Source: Akkermansiaceae bacterium (lineage in GTDB: Bacteria > Verrucomicrobiota > Verrucomicrobiia > Verrucomicrobiales > Akkermansiaceae). Taken from it: 64,000 nucleotides of DNA. The stretch lies in the NCBI GenBank assembly GCA_051251915.1, contig JBPOGF010000002.1, positions 128,001-192,000 on the forward strand, written 5' to 3'. Shown one piece after another: positions 40,176 to 49,120 of the stretch. A model generated the notes under the pieces. It made no database searches, was not told where the DNA came from, and saw nothing but the letters and a program-made list of their open reading frames with translations. Every line of letters starts with the position of its first letter. Within the stretch, counting starts at the first letter, position 1. The translations under genes were made by a program, and so were the position numbers.

Positions 40176-41357
40176 TTATGAATTATCTGGGAGCTGGAGG
40201 GGTAGTTGGTAGGTGTTGTTTTTTTTGCTGGTTTGGGTTTTGGTCGTGATTAGGAGGTGGATTTCTTTTTCTGAGGAGCCTGTGATGGCGTGGGTGGTGG
40301 TGCCTGTGATGACGGATTTTTCTGGGGCTTTGTAGGTGTCTTGGATTGGGGTGGTTTTGAGGATTTTCTTTAGTTCTCTGGCGTTTTTTGTGGCAGTGGT
40401 GAAGATTTGGAATTCGTCAGCGGTGCGGTGGTTTGTTAAGAGGAGCCAGTGGTGGGTTACGAGGGTAAGCTTGTAATTCCAGGTAGAGAGGATGACGTAG
40501 TCGTCGCCTATTTTGTGGAAGAGTGAGTTGAGGAATTTTCTAATAAAAGTGAACCCGAAGATAACGAAAGGGATGAGGAATATGGTGAGGATGTATGCAA
40601 GTGGGTTACCTTCTATGTGCATTCCTATTGCTACGATGACGAAGACTGAGATGATTCCGTTAGCGAAGAGGATGAGGAATAGGTAGGTTAGAGAAGTGAG
40701 GGAGTGGTGGCGTTTTAGGAAATTGATTTTGGTATGTTGGTGGGAGTTTAGGTTCTCGTCAGAGAGTGCTTTGTGGAGTTCAGGTGCGGAGTTTCTGCTG
40801 GCGATGACGGCGGCTTCTAGCCAGGCTTGTTTTTGGATTTTGAAGGCAAGAGGATTGAGTAGAGCGTAGAGGAGTGCTAGAGTTCCAACGGTGAGGAAAG
40901 GTATGGAGAATGGGAGTGCGATCCAGTTGGTGATGACCATGTTGCGTTTGTAGACGCTTTGTTCTGGATTGTGTGGATTGACCCAGATGGGGATTTTGCT
41001 GCCTTTGGGGTAAGATTTCGCGGTTTTTCTGTAGGTTTTTGTGCTGAAGTTTCGGCCTGCTTTGGTGAGTTCGAATCGGTTGCCTTGGTATTGTTTTCCT
41101 TGGTATTGGTAGTTGTATTTGAGGTTGATGTTTAGGGCTCCGTCATTGTTTTTTAGTTTGGATTTAGTGACGTGGGCTTCTATTTGGATCCAGTCATTGG
41201 CTTGGCGGGATTCTAGGAAGGGGGTGAGGAATTCTGTGGTGAATATGAGGATGCCTCCGAAGCCGAAGATAGCGGCGAAGAATAAAGCGAAAAGGGTGGA
41301 GTTGAAGGTTGATTTTTTGACTCCGGAGTCCCTGATGATTTCGGTGAGGAGTGACAT
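40176..41357 (-). CDS. DUF3592-domain membrane protein
   Basis: TM helix, then W....A.V..S...Y.YQYQGKQY.G....Y..G..I..WVNP.NP..SV, then further TM helices. Confidence 0.72.
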   Translation of the reverse strand: MSLLTEIIRDSGVKKSTFNSTLFALFFAAIFGFGGILIFTTEFLTPFLESRQANDWIQIEAHVTKSKLKNNDGALNINLKYNYQYQGKQYQGNRFELTKAGRNFSTKTYRKTAKSYPKGSKIPIWVNPHNPEQSVYKRNMVITNWIALPFSIPFLTVGTLALLYALLNPLAFKIQKQAWLEAAVIASRNSAPELHKALSDENLNSHQHTKINFLKRHHSLTSLTYLFLILFANGIISVFVIVAIGMHIEGNPLAYILTIFLIPFVIFGFTFIRKFLNSLFHKIGDDYVILSTWNYKLTLVTHHWLLLTNHRTADEFQIFTTATKNARELKKILKTTPIQDTYKAPEKSVITGTTTHAITGSSEKEIHLLITTKTQTSKKNNTYQLPLQLPDNS

Positions 41358-41384
41358 GTTAGAGTTGCTCTGGGAGGAGGTTTT

Positions 41385-42197
41385 TTATTGCCAGTCTAGG
41401 GGGTTTACTCCGTAGTAGTTGGTTAGGAGGGTGTAGAGTTTGGGGTGTTTTTGTTGGAGTTGGTGGGGTTTTTCGTAGAAGGTTTCGGTGGCTACGGCGA
41501 AGAATTCTGCGGGGTTTGTGGCGCCGTAGGAGTCTAGGACGGTGCGTTTGTTTTCGGAGCTGCGGGAGATGAGGGTGTCGAATTCTGGTTTCATGATGGT
41601 GGCCCATTCTCGGTAGCAGCTGCGGGTTTCTAGGAGGGGGACGCCGTCGCCAGCGCCGTCTTGCTGGTCTAGCTGGTGGGAGAACTCGTGGATGGTGACG
41701 TTGTGGCCGTCTTCTGAGTTTCTGCCTCCGCTGAGGACGCTGGACCAGGCGAGGACGACGGAGCCGGTGGTCCAGGATTCTCCTAGCCGGACGGATTCTT
41801 CACCGTAGTCACCGGTGGCGATGTAGGCTTCTGGGTAGAGGCGGATGGTGCGGAGCTTGGCGTAGAGGTCGTGGGGTTTTCTGAGGAGGAGTAGGCAGGC
41901 TTGGGCGGCGATGACGTGCTGCATGTGGGGGGTGATTTCGTCTAGTCCGCCGCAGGGCTCGAAGGCTTTTTCTGAGATGAAGACGTGGATGAGGCCTTCT
42001 AGTTCTTGTTGGAGGTCTTGGGGGAGGGTGAGGTAGAGGGGGAAGTCATGGCCGAGTTCGGTGCGTTGTTCTGGTGTGAGGCGTAGTTTGGCGATGGTGT
42101 GGCGGCGGATGATGCGGTTGTGCTTGATGCGGCGGATGAGGAGGATGGGGATGAGGAAGAGGAGGGCGTAGAGGAGGATTTTGATGAGTGCGGGCAT
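41385..42197 (-). CDS. MtfA-like zinc peptidase (M90)
   Basis: Motifs EK.FE.CGGL, IAAQACLL, GESW..G.VVLAW, NVTIHEFSHQLD and YGATNPAEFFAVATETF.E.P. Confidence 0.9.
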   Translation of the reverse strand: MPALIKILLYALLFLIPILLIRRIKHNRIIRRHTIAKLRLTPEQRTELGHDFPLYLTLPQDLQQELEGLIHVFISEKAFEPCGGLDEITPHMQHVIAAQACLLLLRKPHDLYAKLRTIRLYPEAYIATGDYGEESVRLGESWTTGSVVLAWSSVLSGGRNSEDGHNVTIHEFSHQLDQQDGAGDGVPLLETRSCYREWATIMKPEFDTLISRSSENKRTVLDSYGATNPAEFFAVATETFYEKPHQLQQKHPKLYTLLTNYYGVNPLDWQ

Positions 42198-42206
42198 TTG
42201 GGAAAT

Positions 42207-42300
42207 GGTGATCGGTTAGCAGTGATCGGTGATCAGTGGCAGGGTTGATGAAACGGCATGTCTTGCTTGGGCTGTGTGCTTGGGTTATGAAACGGCTTGG
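42207..42300 (+). repeat. Variant of the heptamer-based intergenic repeat
   Basis: GGTGATCGGTTAGCAGTGATCGGTGATCAGTG, followed by ATGAAACGGC twice and GTGCTTGGGTT. Confidence 0.85.
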
Positions 42301-43095
42301 TTATTGGTTATTCCAGGCTGTGAGTTCTGTTAGGGTCATTCCTGTGCCTCCGAAGATGTCTAGGGCGCTGCCTACGGTGATGTCTACGTTTCCTAGGGAG
42401 TGCTGGTGGGTGAGGTGGATGTCTGCGATGGTGGTGGCTCCGCCGGCGTAGGTGATGGGGAGTTTTGATTGGGCGGCCCATTGGCCTAGGAGCTGGACGA
42501 GTTGTTGGTCGATGCCTTTGCAGAGGCCTTCTACGTCTGCGGCGTGGACGAGGAGTTCGTCACAGTGCTGGGCGATGTGGTCTAGGTTTTCTGGGGTGAT
42601 GTGGAGGTTTGTGAGGGTTTGCCAGCGGTTCATGGCGACGGTCCAGCTGGTGGTGTCTGGAGTGTCTTTGGTGCGGCGGCAGGAGAGGTCGATGACGAGG
42701 TTTTCTTTGCCGATTTCTGAGGCTAGCTGGGTGAGGCGTTCTGGTAGGAAGGTGCCGTCTGGGGCGAAGAGGTATGAGGTGACGATGATGTGGGAGGCGC
42801 CTGCGGTGAGCCATTCTGCGGCATTTTCTAGGGTGATGCCGCCGCCGATCTGCATGCCGTTTGGCCATGCGGCTAGGGCGCTGAGTGCGGCTTGTTTGTT
42901 GCCTGGGGTTTGGCCGAGCTGGATGATGTGTCCACCGGTGAGGTTGTGTTGGCGGTAGAGGTCTGCGAATGATGCTGGGGTTTTATCTGAGACGAAGTTT
43001 TCTTTGATGGTGTCTTCGTTGTCGGTGAGTGTGCCGCCGACGATTTGTTTTACTTTTCCGTCGTGGAGGTCGATGCAGGGTCTGAATTTTGTCAT
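42301..43095 (-). CDS. hisA: Phosphoribosylformimino-5-aminoimidazole carboxamide ribotide isomerase, His6 (eukaryotic)-type
   Basis: Motifs FRPCIDLH.GKVKQIVGGTL, QIGGGI, DLSCR, AMNRWQ, HAADVEGLC.GID and GSALDIFGG. Confidence 0.92.
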   Translation of the reverse strand: MTKFRPCIDLHDGKVKQIVGGTLTDNEDTIKENFVSDKTPASFADLYRQHNLTGGHIIQLGQTPGNKQAALSALAAWPNGMQIGGGITLENAAEWLTAGASHIIVTSYLFAPDGTFLPERLTQLASEIGKENLVIDLSCRRTKDTPDTTSWTVAMNRWQTLTNLHITPENLDHIAQHCDELLVHAADVEGLCKGIDQQLVQLLGQWAAQSKLPITYAGGATTIADIHLTHQHSLGNVDITVGSALDIFGGTGMTLTELTAWNNQ

Positions 43096-43139
43096 GTGTG
43101 TGGCTTGCTTTGTTGTGATGTGAGGTTACAGTGTGCGTG

Positions 43140-44627
43140 ATGAGAAGCAAGTTGAAGATTTTGGCTCTGATTGGAGCGACAGGGGCGGTGGCTGTTACGG
43201 CTAGTTGTAAGGATGCTAAGGTGGTGGAGTTGCCGCCTGAGGAGAGCGAAGTGGGTAAGGTGGAGTCTGTGAAGGCGAAGGCTGAGAGGGAGGCTAAGGA
43301 GGAGCAGGAGAAGCTGCGTGCTAAGCTTCAGGAGGAGGTACAGAATCTGGATAATTATACGAAAGAGGGGCTGGAGAAGGATAAGGAGATGGATCCGTTT
43401 ATTAAGGATGCATTGCTGATGGCGATGGATCAGAAGGAGGCGCGTAAGAAGCAGAAGGAGGAGGAGATGAAGGAGCTGATGGAGCGCGAGAAGGGGGCTG
43501 GTGAGCTGCTGGATGTGATCGAGGTTGAGAAGAAGAATTTGGCTGCGGCTGATGCGGAATTTGCTATGATAGCGGATGAGCAGCATGAGCGTGAGGAGAG
43601 TGAGAGGGCTGAGAAGAATGCGAGTGCTCCGAGTGGGATGGTATGGGTGCCTGGGGGTAAGTTTTTACGTGGGAGTAGGGATCTGAATGCTAAGCATAGG
43701 CAGCAGTATGGTGAGGAGTATCCGGCGCATTTGGCTGAGGTTGATGGATTTTATATGGATGCTACTGAGGTGACGAATGCTCAGTTTGCGGAGTTTGTGG
43801 CGGCTACGGGTTATAAGACTTTAGCGGAGGAGGGGTTGAGTGCTGAGGAGTTTCCGATGGCTAGACCTGAGGATCTGCAGGGTGGGGCGAATGTGTTTAA
43901 GAAGACGAATGGGAAGATAGATCCGTGGGTTGGGTCGGCTTGGAGGTGGTGGAATTTCACTCCAGGGGCGTCTTGGAAGAGTCCTGAGGGGCCGGGGTCT
44001 GACATTAAGGATAGGATGGATCATCCGGTGACATGTGTGAATTATAATGATGCGATGGCTTATGCAAAGTGGGCTGGTAAGAGGTTGCCAACTGAGGCTG
44101 AGTGGGAGCGTGCTGCGCGTGCTGGGAAGTATGGCGAAACTTATATGTGGGGTGAAGAGATGCAGGTGGATGGGAAGTGGATGGCGAATGTTTATCAGGG
44201 TGAGTTTCCGAGCACTTTGAAGGAGGAGGATGGGTATTTACTTACTTCTCCGGCTAAGAGTTATCCGGCGAATGCGTGGGGGCTGTATGATATGGCGGGG
44301 AATGTGTGGGAGATCTGTAATGATTTCTTCCATCCTGGGTATTATCATATGTTTGTGGAGAACCCGATTAAGAATCCGCAGGGGCCGGCTAGTCCGATTA
44401 CAGATGAGGAGCGGATGGCGTATGATCCGGTGGCGGGGACTTGTCCTGAGCCGCGTGGTGATACGCATGTGTTGACTCATTTGCGTGTGGCTAAGGGTGG
44501 TTCATTTTTGTGTAGTTCACAGTATTGTCTGAGGTTTAGGCCTGCTGCGAGGCATCATCATGAGGTGTTGACTCCTAGTCAGCATACTGGTTTCCGCTGT
44601 GTGAAGGATGTGGATGGAACTAAGTAG
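43140..44627 (+). CDS. Formylglycine-generating enzyme (SUMF1-type) lipoprotein with an N-terminal coiled coil
   Basis: Lipobox TASC, E/K-rich helix, and motifs MD.TEVTN.QF, HPV..V...DA.AYA.W.GKRLPTEAEWE, LYDMAGNVWE and KGGSFLCSSQYCLRFRPAAR. Confidence 0.9.
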   Translation: MRSKLKILALIGATGAVAVTASCKDAKVVELPPEESEVGKVESVKAKAEREAKEEQEKLRAKLQEEVQNLDNYTKEGLEKDKEMDPFIKDALLMAMDQKEARKKQKEEEMKELMEREKGAGELLDVIEVEKKNLAAADAEFAMIADEQHEREESERAEKNASAPSGMVWVPGGKFLRGSRDLNAKHRQQYGEEYPAHLAEVDGFYMDATEVTNAQFAEFVAATGYKTLAEEGLSAEEFPMARPEDLQGGANVFKKTNGKIDPWVGSAWRWWNFTPGASWKSPEGPGSDIKDRMDHPVTCVNYNDAMAYAKWAGKRLPTEAEWERAARAGKYGETYMWGEEMQVDGKWMANVYQGEFPSTLKEEDGYLLTSPAKSYPANAWGLYDMAGNVWEICNDFFHPGYYHMFVENPIKNPQGPASPITDEERMAYDPVAGTCPEPRGDTHVLTHLRVAKGGSFLCSSQYCLRFRPAARHHHEVLTPSQHTGFRCVKDVDGTK

Positions 44628-44639
44628 GGAGGAGTCTGT

Positions 44640-45059
44640 ATGAGTAAAAAGGTGCAAACTATTATTTTGGGGAAGGGTCTGGATGATCTGCCATTTGGCG
44701 CGAGCCAAGGTGAGGTGGAGGCTGTCTTGGGTAAGGCGGAGGAGACTGATGAGCTGGATATGCGTGGGGAGAAGTCTATCGCGTGGCATTATTGGGAGAT
44801 TGGTCTTTCGTTGAATTTTGATGAGGGGCAGGAGTTCAGGTTGAGTTCTATTGATGTGGCTGCGCCAGAGGTGGAGCTTTTTGGTGAGGCTTTGATGGGG
44901 CGGAGTAAGGAGTGCGTAAAGCAGTTTCTGGATGAGCAGGATATAGGTGAGTCTGAAGATGAGGTGCAGCGTGGATTGATCTATCCGGATGCGAATTTGA
45001 GCCTTTGGTTTAATGGTGGGGATCTTGAGGAGATTCAGTGGGGAGTGATTGAAGATTGA
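44640..45059 (+). CDS. Acidic hypothetical protein
   Basis: GGAGGAG RBS-like sequence, codon bias matching neighbours and 'G.GL..L.FG.S..EV...LG'. Confidence 0.75.
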   Translation: MSKKVQTIILGKGLDDLPFGASQGEVEAVLGKAEETDELDMRGEKSIAWHYWEIGLSLNFDEGQEFRLSSIDVAAPEVELFGEALMGRSKECVKQFLDEQDIGESEDEVQRGLIYPDANLSLWFNGGDLEEIQWGVIED

Positions 45060-45171
45060 TTGATTTTTTATAATCAAGGTTCTGTGGAGCTGTTATATTC
45101 GGCTTAAATCGATTTTTTATATAAAATACTATTTTTTTCATAGACAGATTTTTGGATGTGATGCATATTGA

Positions 45172-45250
45172 AGTTGCCACCTTGAGGCAACAAAGCAAAA
45201 CGACACACACACTTTGGCGGGGGACTTTGGTTCTCCGCCAAAAGTGTTTC
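45172..45250 (+). ncRNA. Candidate small RNA
   Basis: Promoter-like TAGACA-N17-CATATT (45141-45169), a 5' hairpin GTTGCC/GGCAAC, a C/A-rich single strand and a long GC-rich 3' hairpin. Confidence 0.45.
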
Positions 45251-45322
45251 TGGGGTTAGGGGTGTTCTTGGGGGAGAAAAAGTATTGCGTTGCACTGGTT
45301 AGTTGCTGTTAGATAGTCATCA

Positions 45323-45757
45323 ATGAAAAAAGTGGTGATAGGACGTGATGAGATGATTAGATTTCCAGAGTTAGGAAATGGAGAAATGGAGGCGGTGGAT
45401 GGCCGTGTGGATACGGGGGCGAGGACTTCATCGATGCACGCTGCCAATATGGAGTTGTTCGAGAAGGATGATGAGCGCTGGGTGAGATTTGATTTTGAGG
45501 AGCATATTGGGCTGGAGGCTCGGCTCTGGAAGGAGAAGTATGTGCGCAGTTCAAATGGTAAAAAGCAGAGTAGGTATTTTATCAAGACGCATGTGAAATT
45601 TGCAAATGGTAAGAAATACCCAATTACTCTGAGTCTGACTGATAGGTCAAAGATGAAGTTTCCGGTGTTGCTGGGCAGGAGGTTGCTTGCGGGTAGATTC
45701 ATCGTGGATGTAGGTAGGATATTTGTGCTTGGTAAGCATCAGAGAAAGAGATCTTAA
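45323..45757 (+). CDS. RimK-associated retropepsin-like putative protease ('ATP-dependent Zn protease' family)
   Basis: Motifs IGR.E...FPEL, VDTGA.TSS.HA, VRSSNG..Q.RY and L.DRS.MKFPVLLGR. Confidence 0.85.
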   Translation: MKKVVIGRDEMIRFPELGNGEMEAVDGRVDTGARTSSMHAANMELFEKDDERWVRFDFEEHIGLEARLWKEKYVRSSNGKKQSRYFIKTHVKFANGKKYPITLSLTDRSKMKFPVLLGRRLLAGRFIVDVGRIFVLGKHQRKRS

Positions 45758-45812
45758 ATGAGACTTAAATGAGCCTTGACGATGGCTAGGAGCTCGGCTT
45801 GACTGCTTTATT

Positions 45813-47063
45813 ATGAAAATTTTAGTAGTAGGAAAAGGAGGGCGTGAGCACGCATTGATCACGGCGATGTGTGAGTCAGCGACTGAAACCGAGATATATA
45901 GTTTTCCAGGAAGTGATGCTATTTCTGAGCTTGCTGAGGTGGTGAATGTGGATGGTCTGGAGTCACTGATCAGCTGGATGAAGGAGAATGAGATAGATCT
46001 TTGTGTGGCAGGTGAAGAGAGTTATTTGGTGACTGGTGAGGGGCTTGCTAATCTTTGTGAGCAGGAGGGGATTCCTTGCTGGGGGCCGCATAAGCAGTCT
46101 GCTCAATTGGAGGCATCAAAGGAGTTCGCTAAGGAATTTATGCAGCGTCATGACATCCCTACGGGTGGTGCGACGGGCTGTGCTGATGCTGATGAGGCGA
46201 GAGCGGCTATTGATGGGGTTTATCCTACGGTGTTGAAGTTTGATGGGTTGGCAGCTGGTAAAGGTGTGGCTGTGTGTGCGGATGAGGCTTCTGCTGAGGA
46301 ATTTCTGCAAGAGGTGATGGTGGAGCGCAAATTTGGCGAAGGCAGGTTACTTGTAGAAGAGTGCTTGGTGGGGCCAGAGGTAAGTATTTTTGCGGCGGTT
46401 GTGGATGGTGAGTATTTGATATTCACTCCTGCGAGAGATTATAAGCGTGCACTGGATAGTGATGAGGGGCCTAACACTGGGGGTATGGGGGCTGTGGCTT
46501 CACGTCAGTTGATCGATTCTGAGTTGCTTGCTACGATTGAGGAGACAATTGTTAAGCCTACTGTGAATGGGTTGGTTAAGGATGGGCTTCCGTATCGTGG
46601 GTTTATTTATTTTGGACTAATGATTACTGCTGAAGGGCCAAAAATTATTGAGTATAATTGTCGTTTTGGCGATCCTGAGTGTCAGGCGGTGATGCCGCTA
46701 GTTGGTGGTGATTTGGCTGCATTTTGTTTTGATGGAGCTAAGGGTAAGCTTTCTCCTGAACTATTAAGTTTTAGCGATGGATGGTCTGTCTGTCTAGTGC
46801 GTGCGTCTGCTGGTTATCCAGATAGTTCACGTAGTGGGGATGAAATCTCAGGGATTGAAGATGTAGTGAATGGTAAAGTCTATCATGCGGGAACGAAGAA
46901 AAATGCTGCCGGTAATTGGGAAACCAATGGAGGTAGGGTTCTAGCAGTGGTTTCTGGTGGAAGCACTCGCGGAGAAGCTGTTAAAGCTGCTTATGCTGAA
47001 TTAGATCATGTGAGATTTGACGGAATGCAGAGTAGGTCTGATATCGGGGTGTATAACTTTTAA
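45813..47063 (+). CDS. purD: Phosphoribosylamine-glycine ligase
   Basis: Motifs ILVVGKGGREHAL, AQLEASKEFAK, DGLAAGKGV, DYKR...D.GPNTGGMG and EYNCRFGDPE.Q. Confidence 0.96.
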   Translation: MKILVVGKGGREHALITAMCESATETEIYSFPGSDAISELAEVVNVDGLESLISWMKENEIDLCVAGEESYLVTGEGLANLCEQEGIPCWGPHKQSAQLEASKEFAKEFMQRHDIPTGGATGCADADEARAAIDGVYPTVLKFDGLAAGKGVAVCADEASAEEFLQEVMVERKFGEGRLLVEECLVGPEVSIFAAVVDGEYLIFTPARDYKRALDSDEGPNTGGMGAVASRQLIDSELLATIEETIVKPTVNGLVKDGLPYRGFIYFGLMITAEGPKIIEYNCRFGDPECQAVMPLVGGDLAAFCFDGAKGKLSPELLSFSDGWSVCLVRASAGYPDSSRSGDEISGIEDVVNGKVYHAGTKKNAAGNWETNGGRVLAVVSGGSTRGEAVKAAYAELDHVRFDGMQSRSDIGVYNF

Positions 47064-47238
47064 GTGTATCAGGGAGTTTGGTGCTGCCTTTTATCATTAA
47101 AAATAATACCTTTTTGATGAGATATGGAAATTTTAACTTGCAGTGAGGCGGAGAATCTATAATTGAACTACTGCTAGTAGAATTTTATATGATCAATAAG
47201 TTAGCTTAAACCCAACATTTAACACAATTCACCATATT

Positions 47239-48360
47239 ATGGCCGCAAAGAAAAAAACAGCCAAGAAGTCAGCAAAAAAAGCACTCACTAAAAAGAAGGC
47301 AGTGAAGAAAGTGGCTAAAAAAATTGCTAAGAAATCTCCCAAAAAAGTAGCTAAAAAGTCCACCAAGAAGACGGTGAGGAAAGTAGTGAAGAAGGCGGCA
47401 AAGAAAAAAGTAGCGAAAAAGAAGGTTGTTAAAAAGGTTGGTAAGAAAACTGCTAAGAAGAAGTCAGTCAAGAAGGCTGTTAAAAAAGCGAAGAAGGCTG
47501 CGAAGAAGACCGCGCCTAAGAAGGTGGCTAAAAAAGCATCTAAGAAGGCGGTAAAGAAGGCCGCACCTAAGAAAGCGGTGAAGAAGAAAGCTGTTAAAAA
47601 AGCTACTAAGAAAGCGGCTCCTAAGAAGGTGGCCAAAAAGGTCACCAAGAAGGCGGTAAAGAAGGCAACCACTAAGAAAGCAGTGAAGAAGAAAGCTGTA
47701 AAAACAACTCCTAAGAAAGCTACACCTAAAAAGGTAGCGAAGAAAGTCTCTAAGAAGACTGTAAAGAAGACTGTAAAGAAGGCAGCGCCAAAGAATGCGT
47801 CTCCCAAAAAAGCGATGAAAAAAGAAACATCTACTACTGCGAAAAAGCCAGTCAAAACAATTGAGCTCAAGTCTACAGGGGCTCCTAAGAAATCTGCTAA
47901 GAATCTTAAGAAGAAGCCAATCAAGGCTAGGAAGCTCACAGCATTCGATAAGAAGCAGTATAAGCGCCTACTTGATCTGAAGGATGAGCTGATTGATACC
48001 ACTGTGGGGCACACCAAGGACACTTTGAAGACCGTTGGAGACGGGAGTGATCTCTCTGGCTCTGGGCAGCACACTGCGGATGCAGGGAGTGATGCGTATG
48101 ATAGAGATCTAGCACTGAATCTCCTTTCTAAAGAACAAGACGCTCTCTATGAAATCCAGGATGCCATTAAACGCCTTGAAAAAGGAGTGTATGGATACTG
48201 TGAGATCTCTGGGGAGAAGATAGTGAAAGAACGTCTAGAAGCCATTCCGTTTTGCCGCCTCACCGTTCAGGTGCAGGAGCGATGGGAAGAAAAACATGGT
48301 AAACTCAGATACCGCCGTAGTGATGAACCTGGTTACACTGGGGCCACATTAGACTACTAA
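47239..48360 (+). CDS. DksA/TraR-family protein with a ~230-aa histone-H1-like Lys/Ala/Val-rich N-terminus
   Basis: Repeats such as KKAVKK and KKAAPKK. C-terminal HTADAGSD...RD..L...E...L.EI.DA..RL.KG.YG.CE.SGE.I..ERLEAIP. Confidence 0.88.
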   Translation: MAAKKKTAKKSAKKALTKKKAVKKVAKKIAKKSPKKVAKKSTKKTVRKVVKKAAKKKVAKKKVVKKVGKKTAKKKSVKKAVKKAKKAAKKTAPKKVAKKASKKAVKKAAPKKAVKKKAVKKATKKAAPKKVAKKVTKKAVKKATTKKAVKKKAVKTTPKKATPKKVAKKVSKKTVKKTVKKAAPKNASPKKAMKKETSTTAKKPVKTIELKSTGAPKKSAKNLKKKPIKARKLTAFDKKQYKRLLDLKDELIDTTVGHTKDTLKTVGDGSDLSGSGQHTADAGSDAYDRDLALNLLSKEQDALYEIQDAIKRLEKGVYGYCEISGEKIVKERLEAIPFCRLTVQVQERWEEKHGKLRYRRSDEPGYTGATLDY

Positions 48361-48438
48361 AATAGCTTTAAAACTAGTAATCCCTCCATTAATTAACAAA
48401 TACTAAGTAAAAAAAATAACGTAAAGTGTCGGTTTCGC

Positions 48439-48466
48439 TTGACCTAATCTCAGATTTAGGTAGTTT
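48439..48466 (+). promoter_or_regulatory. Putative sigma70 promoter of rpmG-rpsR
   Basis: TTGACC-N16-TAGTTT followed by a GC-rich discriminator GCGCCTCCC. Confidence 0.55.
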
Positions 48467-48495
48467 GCGCCTCCCGATTTCAACCAATTTAAATC

Positions 48496-48669
48496 ATGCC
48501 ACGCGACATCATCATACTAGAATGCACAGAAGCTAGAGGCGAAGGAAAATCTCCTTCCCGCTACACAACTACACGTAACAAGAAAAGTCTCAACACACCG
48601 GGACGTCTTGAAAAAAAGAAATATAATCCTGCTCTCAGACGCCGCACGCTTCACCGTGAGCTCCGATAA
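48496..48669 (+). CDS. rpmG: 50S ribosomal protein L33 (57 aa, below the ORF-track cutoff)
   Basis: Hand translation: [57 protein letters not shown]. Confidence 0.93.
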   Translation: MPRDIIILECTEARGEGKSPSRYTTTRNKKSLNTPGRLEKKKYNPALRRRTLHRELR

Positions 48670-48697
48670 TCCATTTCAAAACTAACTTATAAACTTT

Positions 48698-48940
48698 ATG
48701 TCTGAACCAAAGACCATCGAACGCCGTATTGCTTTCCGTAAAGCAAACCGCTGCATGACCAAGAAACGCCTTGATCTACCTGCAGAACTTATTGAATACA
48801 AGAACACTGATATTCTAAGCAAATTTACTACCGAGACTGGTAAGATCCTTCCACGTCGAGTGACTGGAGTATCTGCTAAGCTTCACCGTAAGATCACTCG
48901 TGAGATCAAGCGAGCTCGTTCTTGCAACCTTCTACCATAA
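48698..48940 (+). CDS. rpsR: 30S ribosomal protein S18
   Basis: [43 protein letters not shown]...LLP; follows rpmG. Confidence 0.95.
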   Translation: MSEPKTIERRIAFRKANRCMTKKRLDLPAELIEYKNTDILSKFTTETGKILPRRVTGVSAKLHRKITREIKRARSCNLLP

Positions 48941-49003
48941 TCCTACATGCTGTAGGAATGGTGAGCTGATCTCGCTATCATTTTAAGCATGATTTTCTAA
49001 ATC

Positions 49004-49048
49004 AAAACGAGCTTGTCTAGTAAATTTAGGCAGGCTCATTTCGTTTTT
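49004..49048 (+). terminator. Intrinsic terminator after rpsR
   Basis: GAGCTTGTCTA-gtaaatt-TAGGCAGGCTC followed by a T-rich tail. Confidence 0.65.
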
Positions 49049-49120
49049 AAATTTCTAAGATTTCAGTAATCACTACGACTATTCTATAATTACCTTCAAT
49101 CACAGCCACCGCTTTAGAAA

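Noticed and set aside
47229..48074. 281-aa Phe/Ala/Leu-rich ORF resembling a membrane protein
   Set aside because: It is the antisense reading of the Lys-rich repeats (AAG/AAA read as CTT/TTT).
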